Part shown: piece by piece, positions 1 to 13,444 of the stretch
How positions within the stretch are numbered: the first letter of the stretch is position 1
Layout: each line of letters starts with the position of its first letter
Origin: Priapulus caudatus
Lineage: Eukaryota
Reading direction: 5' to 3'
Length of the DNA stretch: 64,000 bases
Assembly (NCBI RefSeq): GCF_000485595.1
Contig: NW_014577076.1
Span: forward strand, 186,001 to 250,000
Notes under the pieces: model-generated
Seen by the model: the letters and a program-made list of their open reading frames with translations, nothing else
Database searches by the model: none
Told to the model about the DNA's origin: nothing
Position numbers and translations under genes: made by a program

Positions 1-357
1 AGATCTGTCTGTCACTCGACGGCACCCAGCTGTGGCACGATCGCCTCACCTGAAAGCAGAACGTGTAATACGTCTTATAAGCCAAGTGAAAGACAGCAGT
101 ACGTGACGTATATACAGTCATAGTCGACAACCCCGCGCACACATACTCCGTATAAACGTGTTGTTATCCTAGAGCAGTCGCCGGTAGCCTGTAGTTGGTA
201 GAGCCTTCTCGCAGCGAGCTGTTATTATTCAGGCGATGTTTCGTTCGAGTGTGATTCATCTGCGGTGTGTACGCACCTGGCCTCACTATAATTCTGTGAT
301 TTTGAGTATGAACTTACACACGTGTAGTATAAGGCAGGGTTTCGTCCTTTGCAGTTG

Positions 358-476
358 GGCTAACGCTCCATTAGGAGTGTTCCCACTTTTGATATCATTA
401 ATGATTAATGATTGATAATCCTAACCCTAACCCTAACCCTAACCTAAATGACATTAAACCACAAACTAATATATGA

Positions 477-515
<39 letters not shown>

Positions 516-543
516 ATTATGACCATTAATGACATTAAAGTTG
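358..543. mobile_element. Telomeric-repeat-containing MITE, copy lacking most of one terminal inverted repeat (TIR)
   Basis: Near-identical inverted copy of 50294-50542: GGCTAACGCTCCATTAGGAGTGTTCCCA end, (CCCTAA)3-4 and an (AT)n tract. The far TIR stops at ...ATTAAAGTTG. Confidence 0.85.
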
Positions 544-1385
544 CAGTGGCAGGTAATAGTGATCGCCGCGTTTTCCTCTAACACGCGTACATCCTCGACA
601 ACTTATGAACGCACTGATCCGTGCATGTACTTGTACCCGCGAGCGTATCTAGCTGTCATTTTCATTCGTGTTTTACGACCCTCTCACACCTGCAGTCCAG
701 ATTTCGCGTGACTTCACGTGTTTTGTAAAGGTTCAGTTGCGGAATATTGTGGCGTACGCAATTACATGATAATCGCAGTATTGGTCGTTGTACGGGCTTT
801 CTTGTATGTTGTTACAATACATGTATCAGGAGGATATGTGGTGCACGTCATAATAATGTTAGCAAACATTGGCCATACTGCCGATGTGGTGTTACTGTAG
901 TATATTCATGTTGGACGAATAGTAAGTAGTTCTTGATGGGAAAAAGTGTGAAATTTAAAGTATGTCGTTTAGTTTACCACATTATTGAATATGAATGCAT
1001 ATATATTCTATCGTACGTTCAATGTCTATTTACCCACGCTCTAACATCCTGCTATCCTATAATTAAAGAAAACTCAGAGATGTTCAGCGTAACGAAATTT
1101 CAGAGGAAATTTAATATATGTTTCTATATATATGTGTGTGTGGGCGTGCGTGCTTGTCTGCATGTGTATTCGTGCGTGCTTGCGTCCGTGTGTATGTTTG
1201 TTAATTATAATAGTATGTTTGCCAATACTATTCGATACTCCAAAATAAGTGAGACAGCTGCCATTCGTCGTGGCATCATATAATTATATATTTCTACTGC
1301 CTCGTTCAGCGTGTGTGCTGTGTTCATGAGCAGGTGTGCTGGTCTGTCGTGTTACTTCACACTGTCGTGTTATACATACGGTGAC

Positions 1386-1435
<50 letters not shown>

Positions 1436-2130
1436 TTCTGCTAGCGTGTATTTCGTCGTAAATTCGAACACTATTTATACCATGTGAAAAAACCTATATC
1501 AAAAATCCGTTAACAAACATAGAATCCGTTAAAAAACATGGAATCGACAGTGATAAGCACGACCCGTATATATTTCGGTATTTAAGTAATTTCGCTGCGT
1601 TTTTCGCCGGGTTGAAAAAAATGTTTCGTCTAGCTTCGATATGAATCTCTCTGCATTCAAGGCTCCCCCTCAGGGGCTTCCTCTCTCGTCCGATAACGAC
1701 CACCTCGAATTGGAACTTCTCTACTATGGTAACTTCTCGTTCACTATCGTAAACATAATGCTCCCTCATTCACTTGTTTCACCGCTAGCTTCATGTGCGA
1801 TCCTGCCAATTTTACTTAAAAAACGCAGGTTTATGGAATTTATTTTTTTATGCAACATATAAATGTTCTTAGCGTGTTTTTAGACCTCGACATACCATGA
1901 TGTTGCTTATACTGCACGTAATTGTAACACGTCACAGTGTAAAGGAAACGAGACAAAACAGACGAGACTTAGACTAGTGTTTTCTGCTGTCACTCATGGA
2001 TGTTATGATTGACTACTCGAAATAGCGCTTGGCTCACTACTTTGGTCACAGTTAGCTTCAATAATTAGGTTATGTGATATTGCGTTACATGTGGGTGTTT
2101 GTATATATTTATATTATATATATTATTATT

Positions 2131-2185
<55 letters not shown>

Positions 2186-4557
2186 TATATATATTATATA
2201 TATATATACATGTATGCACTCAATAAAAATTGGTGCAAAATTTAGCAGTGGTGGGGGGGGGCATGGCATACCGGATGCGAAGAAGAAGAATTGATGGTGG
2301 GTGTTAGTATCGCACACGAGATTGCACGGAAGTCACTTGCGTACTTATCTCCCATCAAGAAGCATTTAATTAATTATAACAAGTTTTTCCAAGAGCGACT
2401 CATTTCCTCCAGTATGGCTGAACGCGACTGCATTGCGAAGTGCTGTCTGACATATTATTTTCATGCCGGTTTCCATCTTTTTGATGAAGGCAAATTTTCA
2501 GTCAGGCTGCAATTTAATTCACACGAGTTCAAACAGGTACAGAACCGCGTATGACACTATTCTCGGCGTACATCTCGTCGCTCTACAGTAATTGTAGATG
2601 GAACCTATCTTGAACACGGTAGGCAGGATATTAGACATGCAAGGGGAGTATACATATTGCATGCCAGGCTTCAAACAGTTGTCACACGCGATCATGATGA
2701 TTCCCTTTGCTCTGCATGCTTCTTCTACTATACTATTTCGCACAAAATAGAGGAGGAAATTCGCGTGATAACTCTGGATGATAAGATTTTTTGCGCGAGT
2801 TCGTGCATTTCCTCGACTCGCACATCTCATCCTAATTGGGCAGAAGACGTGGACTATAGCGATGCCATCCATGCACGCATCATTACACCGCACCAGTAAT
2901 AGACTGCCCCGATAGTAAAGAGTTCCACAGTAGTCGTCGCCAGACATCGGCACACTTGTGACAGCATAATCCCTGTCATTCCCCCGTCTGAAAAATTGTT
3001 ACGCACGAATTAGTTATCGGTGAAGACTACGCTCGGCCAACTAGGCTAAGTTCGTCTTAACGATTGCAGGGTCGCTTGCGTCTGAAGCCGCCGTGTGGGA
3101 CATAATGCTGCCTGATTGTCATGTGTCGCGCAGGGGTACGCTGTAACAGTTCGCTGAGCACGACAGGCTCCCCGCGTTCGTCGCACACTTCTGCTAGCGT
3201 AAGCGCCCCCCCCCCCCCGACGCGCTCATGTATTAAACATTATGTGGTTTCTTGCTGCCCTGCTGCATGCGAATATCAAAGCCGCGTGGATTGAGTGAGA
3301 GAAATGTGTTGGCTGAGCTGCATGGGGGTACGTACGGGCAAGCCAGAGGAGAAAATGCTTCATCTTTAGGGTGTGTATATATATTCGGTTAACCTTAATT
3401 CGACAAGGATGATCATAACGTAGAATTATAATCAGGGCGCTGATTGTGGACTACTGTACTGGCAGGACTGTATTCTGTAATACATTCTTAGAAGCGGAAC
3501 TTAGCAGAACAGGTAATGGTGTTTTCCAGTGTTTGAGCTGATACAGATCGAGATACGCGAAGCACGGTATATATGATAACCAGTCATTCACAGATTTTCC
3601 CTCATGAGGATGCTGAGAAACTGTAACAGAAACCGCAGCGAAGTCCCCAGTTTGTGAGTTAAAAATTATTATGTGTCCGTGTACATACCTTTTCCCATGC
3701 CAGTTCGCCGTTCCATTAAAAATGCCATAGTTAACGTCTATCCACCTGAATACGAACGTTGTCTGGCAGTCTCACAGTTTACACGTAAATTGTCATGTTA
3801 TCGTGTCATTCACGTGTGGAACAGAGAAACATGCAAAGTGTAGATGTAGCTCGTATAACCTACCATAGGATCCCGGTCATTACCTTAGTGGTGAAGAAAC
3901 AAAAGCCTAGTCTTATCCTAAATATACGTAGTTCTCCTCGTATACCGCTAAGCATTTCGGTATGTTTTTTCATGTTCGGTCTGTTATCCAGTGGTGAATA
4001 AACATGTACATAGGTAGCCTAATAGGTAGTCATTCCTTTTCATTGAATATACACTTTATGTACTTTACGCAAAGTACAATAAAAGCAAGAGGTCACGGCT
4101 AAAATTGTTTCGCTCTGGGCCCAGCAATGTTTACTCATAAAGACTGCACTATTTGCCATCATGATATTTAATGTTTTTCGGACGACCTTAAACCATTTTT
4201 CATACTCCTATGTGCAGAATATGAACGATAAATCTTTCCCCTTTTCGAGATATTATGATTATATTCTCCGCGACGCAGACAGCATTGTATGGCCTTCGTA
4301 TCTTCTAAGGAATTCCAGTACCAAAAACCTCTACAATATCTATTCCATTCTATGTTTATTCTAATAGTAGAAGTTCGTTGCCAAGTATTCAAAGGCCTGT
4401 ATTGTGCAATCAATAGCAGACGAGGGGCAAGTCTACACGGGCAGGTGCATATGAATTGCTGTAAATTTTTGACGTGAAAGTGGCGCATGCCTACAGCATG
4501 GGAATGGGGGCTTCGATGTATAGATCAGGAGAGTAGATAAGATAGTATCTATATTAT

Positions 4558-4596
4558 CAAGATCTCATAATAGAGACCCTCTATTATGAGCTCTTG
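4558..4596. mobile_element. 39-bp hairpin element with 7-bp TSD (P-superfamily-like termini)
   Basis: CAAGATCTCATAATAGAG-acc-CTCTATTATGAGCTCTTG (one arm mismatch), flanked by ATATTAT at 4551-4557 and 4597-4603. It lies inside a degenerate CAGGA...TCCTG shell (4526-4613). Confidence 0.7.
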
Positions 4597-5447
4597 ATAT
4601 TATGACAGTCCTGATAGTATCAGCCCCGACATGGAGGTGACTTACGGCGAGAAATACGTTATATCACATTCACTCATTCGGCCGCGGCTGTATCGCAACT
4701 AAAGGATGAGTAATGTACTCGCTCGCATAATTCCGTCCCTGACTCGCCGTGTACTCTACCGTGCACGGCCCACCCTCGCGCGTCTTTTTGTTCTGCCATG
4801 CTTATCTGAGTACCGTCTATTGGTGCACTATATGCGTCTCCGTCTCATCGTCTCTTCAATTTCGCGTCGTCTGGAAATACGATGTCTGTAATCTACCACA
4901 CTCCCATCATGTTCTGCCTTGCCCTGCCATTACTCCTATCTAGCCCCTTCATCTCTCATACGTTACCCCCAGCTATCTAGTATACCTACTTCACCCCTCA
5001 CATCCACCTTACCCCCCCCCTCCAATGCATCTACGGTAATATCCTGTCTCGTCCAGGCTTTTACCACGCATCATCTCATCTATCCATCCTGTCTTACTCG
5101 GCATTCTATTGCAGTTTAACCTTATCTTTCCTCCCTCGCTCCGCTGTCAGTTTTGCCTCGCCTCCTCCACCATCAGTCACACGTTGCCACGCCCTGCTCA
5201 GCTATCAATGCCTTGCTCTCTAGATTTATTAAACCATCCATCCCGTTTCGCTCCACGCACCGTGTCCGCCTCGATGCGCCTAGCGTCGCGCATCATCGTT
5301 GTCGGTGCATCGCTGTCACTGCCTATACGCGCGGTGCTGGATATGCTGACAGAGGGTTTCATCACCAGTTGACGAGCGCGACGCGTGTGGCATCAACCGC
5401 GATTACTGTGCGCTAGCACGCATGCCACGAGAAGCTGCGGGCAGTGT

Positions 5448-5460
5448 GCAGCAGCAGCAA

Positions 5461-5493
<33 letters not shown>

Positions 5494-5521
5494 CAGTAGC
5501 AGTAGCAGTAGCAGTAGCAGT

Positions 5522-5565
<44 letters not shown>

Positions 5566-5657
5566 CAATAGCAGCAGCAGCAGCAGAAGAAGAAGAAGAA
5601 GAAGAAGAAGAAGAAGAAGAAGAAGAAGAAGAAGAAGCAGCAGCAGCAGCAGCAGCA
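5448..5657. repeat. Compound trinucleotide microsatellite (CAG/TAG/GAA)n
   Basis: Read directly; explains the poly-A/S/L/E ORFs here. Confidence 0.97.
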
Positions 5658-7814
5658 CGCCCGACTGCATCTCGATGACAAAGTGCGTTGCCGACGCGCA
5701 CACTGCGACGCAGTAGCGCATGTCATGCGCGATATTCTGCGTCCCTTTTGTAATCTATTATGGGGTGATAATATACGCAGGCTGCAGTAGTAATAGTAAC
5801 GCCAAGAACAATGTGTATTAAAATGTACATTTACATATCGATTTCGCTCGAGGTATCGGGTAACATGTAGCTATAAAATACGTTCATGATAGTATTCGCG
5901 TAGATCGTACGAAAATATCACAACAGATATTTGTGTTGGAATACGAAGATGCTGTAGTTGGTACTGGGAGCCAGTATAGCACAGCGGACAAAATATGATT
6001 AAGGAAATCCGGTAGCTTTAATAACTTGCTATTCAGACTTGCATTCAGTTTCTTTTTTTCTTTTTGGACTAACCAGTGGATTAAATTGCATTCTCGCTAG
6101 GGTCGGTGATAGTCGTGTATTCGGCGGTCTCGCAGACGTGCGTGGTGTGTGAAATAGTACGAGAGCTATAGGTTCATGCTAGCATGCACTCATGCGTGCA
6201 CCGGCAGCAGTGGACTGTGCTTCAGGGACACATTCCTCTCGCGTTGCGTTGTTGCTACATTTAAATTCGGTCAAATGATAAATCACCTGGAATTTAAATC
6301 TTAGTGGGTTGCAATTCGTTTCGTGGCGCTTCACTGTGTATGCACCCGACATGTGCGTGTCTTTAGCTGACGATTGCTATAGCCAATACAAATTCTTCTA
6401 CTGTCTCTGTTTGCCTAGCTGTAATCAATATAGTCGATACTGATAATTTAAAGACCCTCTTGCTATACTAACAAGATGCATCTGCTTCCTGATTAGCTGA
6501 TGGTGGAAATGTTAGCAGATGAGTTGGCACAGTGCCATAACGTCTTACGACATTCTATTATCGCGTAGCTTCTGGATGCTTGTGTGCATACATTTTATAT
6601 AGCATATTTCTCACCTGCGCGTATGTTGGTACGTAGTTCCTTCTTGTTTGGATTTACAATTTTCACGCAACTAGGTTTCTATGCATGCTCAAATTGCCTG
6701 TGATAAACGTATTATCCGTGTGTCTGAATATCACTGTATCAGTGTCAGCCATGATGCCATACGTTGGAAAACCAGACAGTTCCCGTCATGAATGCATTCA
6801 TAAATGTTGTAAGCTATGTCGCAGTGTTTGTTGCCTGGGACACGTTATTATACCCAGCTAATTATGGTGCAGTTTAGTTAATTAACAGCACTGTATTTTA
6901 ATCAGTTAAGTGAATAATTCTGGCTTCACGATCTATTATGAGCGTATTCTTTCGTGCCCTTTCACGATGGCATTGTTAATAAGCTAGGAAAATTTGATAG
7001 GATAATTAGATTCGTTAAAAATGCATGGACTGCGATACGCGGAGTCCTCGGCGTAACAATCGAATCAATGCCGAATAATAGAAAGCGTTGACATCGAAAT
7101 CCATATGAGCGGGGGAGAGAGAGTTTTTGATGATCATAATCCCTGCATGGCGGGTGCAGCAGTGGAGTGCTGTGGGGGAGCGCAAGAGGTGGCTTCGCGC
7201 GGACGGGCGTGTTTGCGTGCCTCCGATATATCAGGGAGTCTTATACATATATGCAAGAGCTAATAAACACCAGGTGTTTATTAGCTCTTGATATATGTAT
7301 TAGAGCACACGCCCACGTGCGTGCACGCGTGCATGATTGCACATGCACGGCGTGCTTTTACGCGTGAGTGTGCACATGCGAGATCTATCGCATTGCGTGC
7401 TTATATATACGCACGCGATGCAGATACAGTGGAGAGCTTGATTATCAAATCGGAGCAGGCGTCCACACGCAGCTGTGGCTTCAGCCTTTGCTCGAGAGAA
7501 GCAGGGAGTTATCGAGAGTAATTATTACGGCTGCTTTGAAGTTGGGAATCTGTTAGAGGGTGCGCGTGCAGCGGACGTCATATAGAGCGCATAAGCATGT
7601 CAGGCTTGGCGACCTAGATAGCCGCTCCATGATGCCGCGTGGTTCATCGAGTATCTACAGTTAGTGGGTCATCGGCCGTGATGTATTCGGCGGCGGGGTG
7701 GTTTAGAGTTAAGCAGGAGCGCAGAGGTACCATAGACGTATTTCAACGTACCTTCATAAATCCTGTAGAAAACGGCTTCTATGTAAATTTTCGTACATGC
7801 ACATACACTCTGTA

Positions 7815-7839
7815 NNNNNNNNNNNNNNNNNNNNNNNNN
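7815..7839. other. Assembly gap (25 N)
   Basis: Run of N. Confidence 0.99.
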
Positions 7840-7874
7840 GCACATGCGCATCAGAATACACGTCCGTGTGCGTG

Positions 7875-9035
7875 TGCCTGTGTCTGTGCGGGCGTGCGTG
7901 TGTGTGTGTGTTGTGTGTGTGTGTGTGCGTGCGTGCCGTGCGTGCGTGCGCGTGCGTGCAGGGTGGGCCTGTAGCGTGCGTGCGTACGTGTGTTGTGTGT
8001 GTGGCGTGCGGTGCATACATTAGTACGGTGCCGTGATGGCGTCCCTTCCGCCTCTCGCGCTTATTGTCGTCGGCGTTTCCTTGCCGCGTCCTGCTTATTC
8101 ATACTGACTCTATAATAAACGAGCTATTACAGTCCGTCGCTCGCGCAGCCGCGCACGTGCGCTCACCCGCGCTAACAACGCAAGCGCACGCACTACGACG
8201 ACACACATAATGCACACATACATATACCACACAGAACACGCGACACGTCCTCTCTCCCTCTTCCTCTCTCACGCACGCCCACACAACAACACGCACGCAT
8301 TCCACACCAAATCTGACACGCGCTCCCAGCGAGCAGCACCACACTACCTCAAAAGCAACTCGCCAGCCCGACTTCTCTTCTCATCTCGTCTCATTCCGAT
8401 ACGACATCATACAGTGTCACTCATCGATGCCGTGGCAGCGAGTGAGAGAGAGAGATGCGCAAGAAGAGAGAGAGAGAGAGAGAGACGAGAATAGATGTGC
8501 CAGTGAGTGACGAGAGAGAGAATGGAGAGAGAAGCGAGTATAGAGGACGCGGTGCTTATGAAGAGTGAGCGAGTGTGATGATCGCAGTAGGGACTGAGCA
8601 CGCAGAGGTGAGTGATAGGTAGTGTGTGGCGTAAGCGATGAGAGGTGTGTGGTGTGCGGCGTGCGTGTATTGTGTGGGTGATATGTATGTTGCATATGTG
8701 TGTGCGGTGTGTGCGAGGCTTGCTGTTAGCGGCGGGTAAGCGCACGTGCGCGGCCTGCGCGAGCCGAGCCGGAACTGTAATAGCTCGTTTATTATAAGAG
8801 TCCAGTATAAAGATAAGCAAGGACGCGGCAAAGGAAACGCCGACGACAATGAGCGCGAGAGCGGAAGACATCACGGCACGTACTAAATGATCACGCACGG
8901 CACACACACACACGACCGTACGCAACGCACTGCATACAGGCCCACCCGCACGCACAGCACGAGGCACACGCACGACGCACGCACACGACACACACACACA
9001 CACAACACACGCACGCCCGCACAGACATCAGGCAG
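7875..9035. repeat. ~1.15-kb imperfect fold-back (inverted duplication centred near 8440)
   Basis: 8018-8185 aligns to the reverse complement of 8718-8890 (e.g. ATTGTCGTCGGCGTTTCCTT, TATAATAAACGAGCTATTACAGT), and the flanking GT/CA tracts also mirror. The differences are mostly 1-bp indels. Confidence 0.85.
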
Positions 9036-11759
9036 CACCTCTCCTCCTCTCCTCCTCTCTCCTCCTCTCTCCCATCTCTCATCTACTCTCTCTCCTCTCT
9101 GTTCTTCCTCTCCTCTCTGCTCTTCCGTGCGTGCGCGCGTGCTTTGGTACGTGTGCGTATTCGTGCGTGGGTGCGTGCGTGCGTGCGTGCGTGCGTGTGC
9201 TGGACTTGCTATCACGGTGTAGTCAGGCATGCACACAGCGTTTAGCCGCCGCAGTGTCCATCCCAATCATCCTCTCAGCATGACAGAGCGATGCTTAATG
9301 AGAACAGCAAATTTTTCCATGTCTGCGTCTTATGCACATAAGCCACGCCTGAAGATCGGCGCGTGACTGCTCGGTGACTCTCCGGTGGCGTTCGCTATTG
9401 CCTTATTTATTTGCAGGAATAATTGGAGGCTGGTCGCAATCGTCATGCGCGTAATGAGAGTGCAACAACGCGAAATGAAATTCTCTCCCCTCGCAAAATG
9501 CGTATTTGTATTCGGGTCGCATTCGTATTCAACAACAGCTCTCTCTCGCTCTCTCACTGTTGGCTGTAGGTTGTCCCCCGCCGCCGCATGACTTATCTTG
9601 CTCCGTGCGCTCAGCTATGTCTTGGCCGAGGCGTTTCTGCTGTCGACGGAATTTCGTCAAGGCGCGTTCCATAAAAGGAGCCAGTAAGTCCTTCGCTCGA
9701 GTCGATTCCCGCCGTTTTTATATCTCGGCGGGATATTACGACGCACAGATATGGACTTTCATTAAAATCCCGAAGCCAAATTGCTTCCAATTGCCGGCCG
9801 ACTCGGCTCCGTCACTGGCGGCTGCGTATCATTTCCACAGCCGAGTCCGAGCGTGACAGTGGTATCGCCGCGGTCGCAGACATATTCGCTGGCGTCCCAG
9901 CGGTGCAATCTATAAACGTGATGGCAAACGTGGCGTCGTCTAGAGGCGGTCGCCGGGGGACGCTTCCGGTATAGACAGCGAGCGGCGCGCACGTAGTTTA
10001 GTATATGTACATATTCGACACATGCGCGCTGGGGTGGGGGTGGGGGTGGGGGGGGGGGGGGGGGTGGGGGTGAACATGATTACTGTTGCGTGTATGCAGC
10101 TAATTTTTTATAGGTTGCGTCGCGAGTTGACAGCCGTAATTGTCACCCCCGCAGGTCTCGTAGGTGTGCATTGTACATTCGGCAGTGTTGGCGACACTGG
10201 CGGCACATAACGTGCGCATCTGTTGATCGTGGCTAGTTGAAAGAGAGAGGAGATGATTCAGGGTGCTAAATGGAGCCGACGTGAAATATGCGCGGCACAT
10301 TGATTCGCTTTAGTAATCGTTTTAGCACCATTATCACAATGAATATATTACCAGTAATTACGGAAACGATGCATCCGCAGAGAATAGTCCGTGGCTTAGG
10401 TCGCGCTATATAGTCTTTTCTCATATATCCTCAATATACCGTAATTTCTTCGCCCTTATCTCTTATCTCCATGTTAGAACCCATTTTTGACGGCCTGGAC
10501 ATCCTCTCGTACATGTATGGCAGAAAAGGGCCACCCATCGCGGACAATCTCCGAGGCCAACTGTACTCAATTTCCTAAAGTGCCTCCGATTTACTCTAGC
10601 TCGAGGTCGCCTCATATATTCCTTCCGTTGCATAAAAGAACTCACTCTCTTTCCCTTTCTCTCGGATTATGCCGTTTGCGGAGATCCCACTTGAACGCCG
10701 GGTATTGCGTCCCGGCACCGTTGATAGAATCGAACACAAGCATCTTTCAGACAAATCGCTCTTTTAGATTTCTTAGATACATAAAAATATCATATGGCAG
10801 GAAGGCCGAATCCTTGCCCAGCCCCCGAGGCCTCGGTGACAAATTGGTTTTGAATCTGTAGTCTCGGCAGAGCGCTCGTTGCCCGGAATGGATGTCTTAT
10901 CACATTTTTAAAAAGATAAACGAGAAAACAAGTCGACACAACGAGTCGAGGGTTACCGGGCATATATGTAAGGGGTGGGTATGTGTGGGCGGCACAAGGC
11001 GAAGTTACATATTGTTGCTATTGGCATCGGAGCAGTGGTATGTGTCTTGAGAAAAATTTCCGCGATCGATTCACGCGGGTTTGACGAAAGCGCCATAGTC
11101 AGTAATACGTCAGGTGTCATACAGTTCCCAAGGGCTCCACAATGTCATGCTATGAAGCATAGAGTGATCAGCGAGGCTCGTATGTGCATGGTGATGAGCA
11201 GAACATGAACAGAGAGGCCGTTATTCATCGCATCATCTTATCACTGCATGCATGTACACGCGGCGGCGCATTCGATTCTCCCTCCCCGCTGTTAATTATG
11301 GAAAATTAAATTAATTACCGACTTGACCGGGTGACTGCGCGTTGTTCCCGTGTGCAGCCGCGGGTGCCTCATTAGCATCATGTCCCCCCCGTTCCTCCTG
11401 CCTTCTATACCCCCCCTCGCTGCTGCCGCAGCCTTCTCCCGATACACACGCCCTGCAAGCTGATGTGTGGGAAATCGGAGCTTCGCCGATACCATGACGA
11501 CGGCGGAGGCGCGCGCGGGGGGAACAGCGAATTAATTTTTATCTCGATGTGATATTTGCCTTGTCTGTTTGTGAGGGATGTTTTATCGATGGTCTTCAGG
11601 CAGCATCGGTCGCCGGCGTGCGAGTGCGCGCAGCCGGCGATGCGCGAAGTATGGAGCACAGGCGGTGTCTGGGGGAGCGCAGCTGCCATACATAGTTGTG
11701 CTCGGCAGGAGCAGTTGTCGCCTGGCTAAGAAACGGCAGTAAAGTGTGTGCGTTCGTGC

Positions 11760-11987
11760 ATGCGTGCGTGCGTACGTGTGCGTGGGTTCGTTCGACCGGG
11801 CGTACGTGCGTGCGTGCGTGCGTTCGTTCGACCGTGCGTACGTGCGTGCGTTCGTTTGACCGTGCGTACGTGCGTGCGTGCGTTCGACCGTGCGTACGTG
11901 CGTGCGTGCGTTCGACCGTGCGTACGTGCGTGCGTGCGTGCGTGCGTGCGTGCGTTCGACCGTGCGTTCGACCGTGCGTACGTGCGT
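11760..11987. repeat. Minisatellite: (GCGT)n interrupted by a repeating GTTCGACCGTGCGTAC core
   Basis: About 7 core copies separated by variable numbers of GCGT units. Confidence 0.9.
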
Positions 11988-13412
11988 TGAAGAGAAAGGT
12001 CGGAGGGGGGGGGAGGAATGGGGAGGATGGGGGAGAAGAGCCGGCAAGTGTGATGGATGGCCGCAATTTTGTGCTGTTAGGTGTGTTGCTGTTCGCCCTG
12101 CTAGCATATTAGATGTGTGTCGCTCGGCAGGTCGCATTCTCGATTACGACACGATGCGCGCCGATTGTTAACAGAATTCTGTGGATTCCTTAAGGCGGAG
12201 CATCCCCATCCTAGCATAATCATCCCCCACACACGCGTTCACAGTCGCACAGGTATACGCACAAACAAACACAAGCCAGCAAACAAACAAACAAACATAT
12301 AAACGAAAACAAAAGGATTGTGTTTTTCTTAATCTTAGGATTCTTCGTGGAGCATATATGGCTTCAGCAACTGTGTTGCCGTGGGTTCTATAACATGGCC
12401 TTTCATTTTACGGGGCGATGTTGTGAGAATTTTACCTACCTCCTAGTGTAGCAATTGATGCCGCATTTCTACTGCTATCATTGACTGAAGCTAGTGGAAA
12501 TAAAGTGTCTTGCGTGAAGTAAGCATTTTGAACAATCATCCCGACCGTTCTCATAATTTCTTGACCATTACAGAACTAACTGGTATCGCTTGCGTATAAC
12601 AGCAAGTGTCGACAGTGAGCCTATTTTCTTTAGAACATGCCCTCGTGCATCGTTACTTTCACCAAAATATGCAACGATTGAATTTTCCATAGCAGACTTG
12701 TGGTCGACGGTTACGTGATGATGCCGCTTGTATCTCGCGAAGCCCTGTCCATATACTTTGTTAATGGTAACATGAATAAATAATAGCGACGCGGTACCAG
12801 TCTACAACCACTTGCCTCACTGAATGATATGCACTTGTGTATGGTGTCACCATTTACAAGGCAATTGTCGAAGTCTTTGAAGAATTTGACTGCGTTATTT
12901 ACTATTTTATATACCATAACAGCACAAACTCGTGGTAGTTTCTATAATGGTATAATGGGGTAACCAGTAATATATCCACTAATATGGGAACCCCAATTTT
13001 TCTACGTTTTTTTTTCGATATATTTTCAATAATTTTCATGGCACAATAGCAGTGACCCGAACCCCTAGGTGTGACCAGAACCCCAGAGCCTTGAGTTTGA
13101 AACGCATGAGTGCTAAACAGTAGGCCATCGCAGACATGCTGCGGTGTGGTTTACGCTGCATCGGATATTTGTTGAATACATTATAATGAAAACCGAATCG
13201 TTATGGCCACGTCCGCTTCTATACTGAGATACCATACACTCACGGCATGTAAATCCTGCGCGAGCGCACACACGCACGCACACACACATACACAACACAC
13301 ACACACACACACAGACACACACACGTGTATATATATTATATATAACTATATAATATATATATATATCCTGCCCGTGGCGCGCTGTGCGCTGTTTGTAATG
13401 CGCGCATCTGTG

Positions 13413-13444
<32 letters not shown>

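Noticed and set aside
180..255. tRNA-like TAGTTGGTAGAGC ... GTTCGAGT
   Set aside because: No cloverleaf could be built; at most a decayed SINE head.
5385..5726. Poly-Ala/Glu/Ser/Leu ORFs
   Set aside because: Translations of a trinucleotide microsatellite; no non-repetitive domain.
8407..9003. 198-aa ORF with a hydrophobic segment
   Set aside because: Lies in the noisy fold-back; the mirrored arm does not keep the frame.
11760..11987. CRISPR-like repeat array
   Set aside because: Spacers are microsatellite units, the context is eukaryotic, and there are no cas genes.
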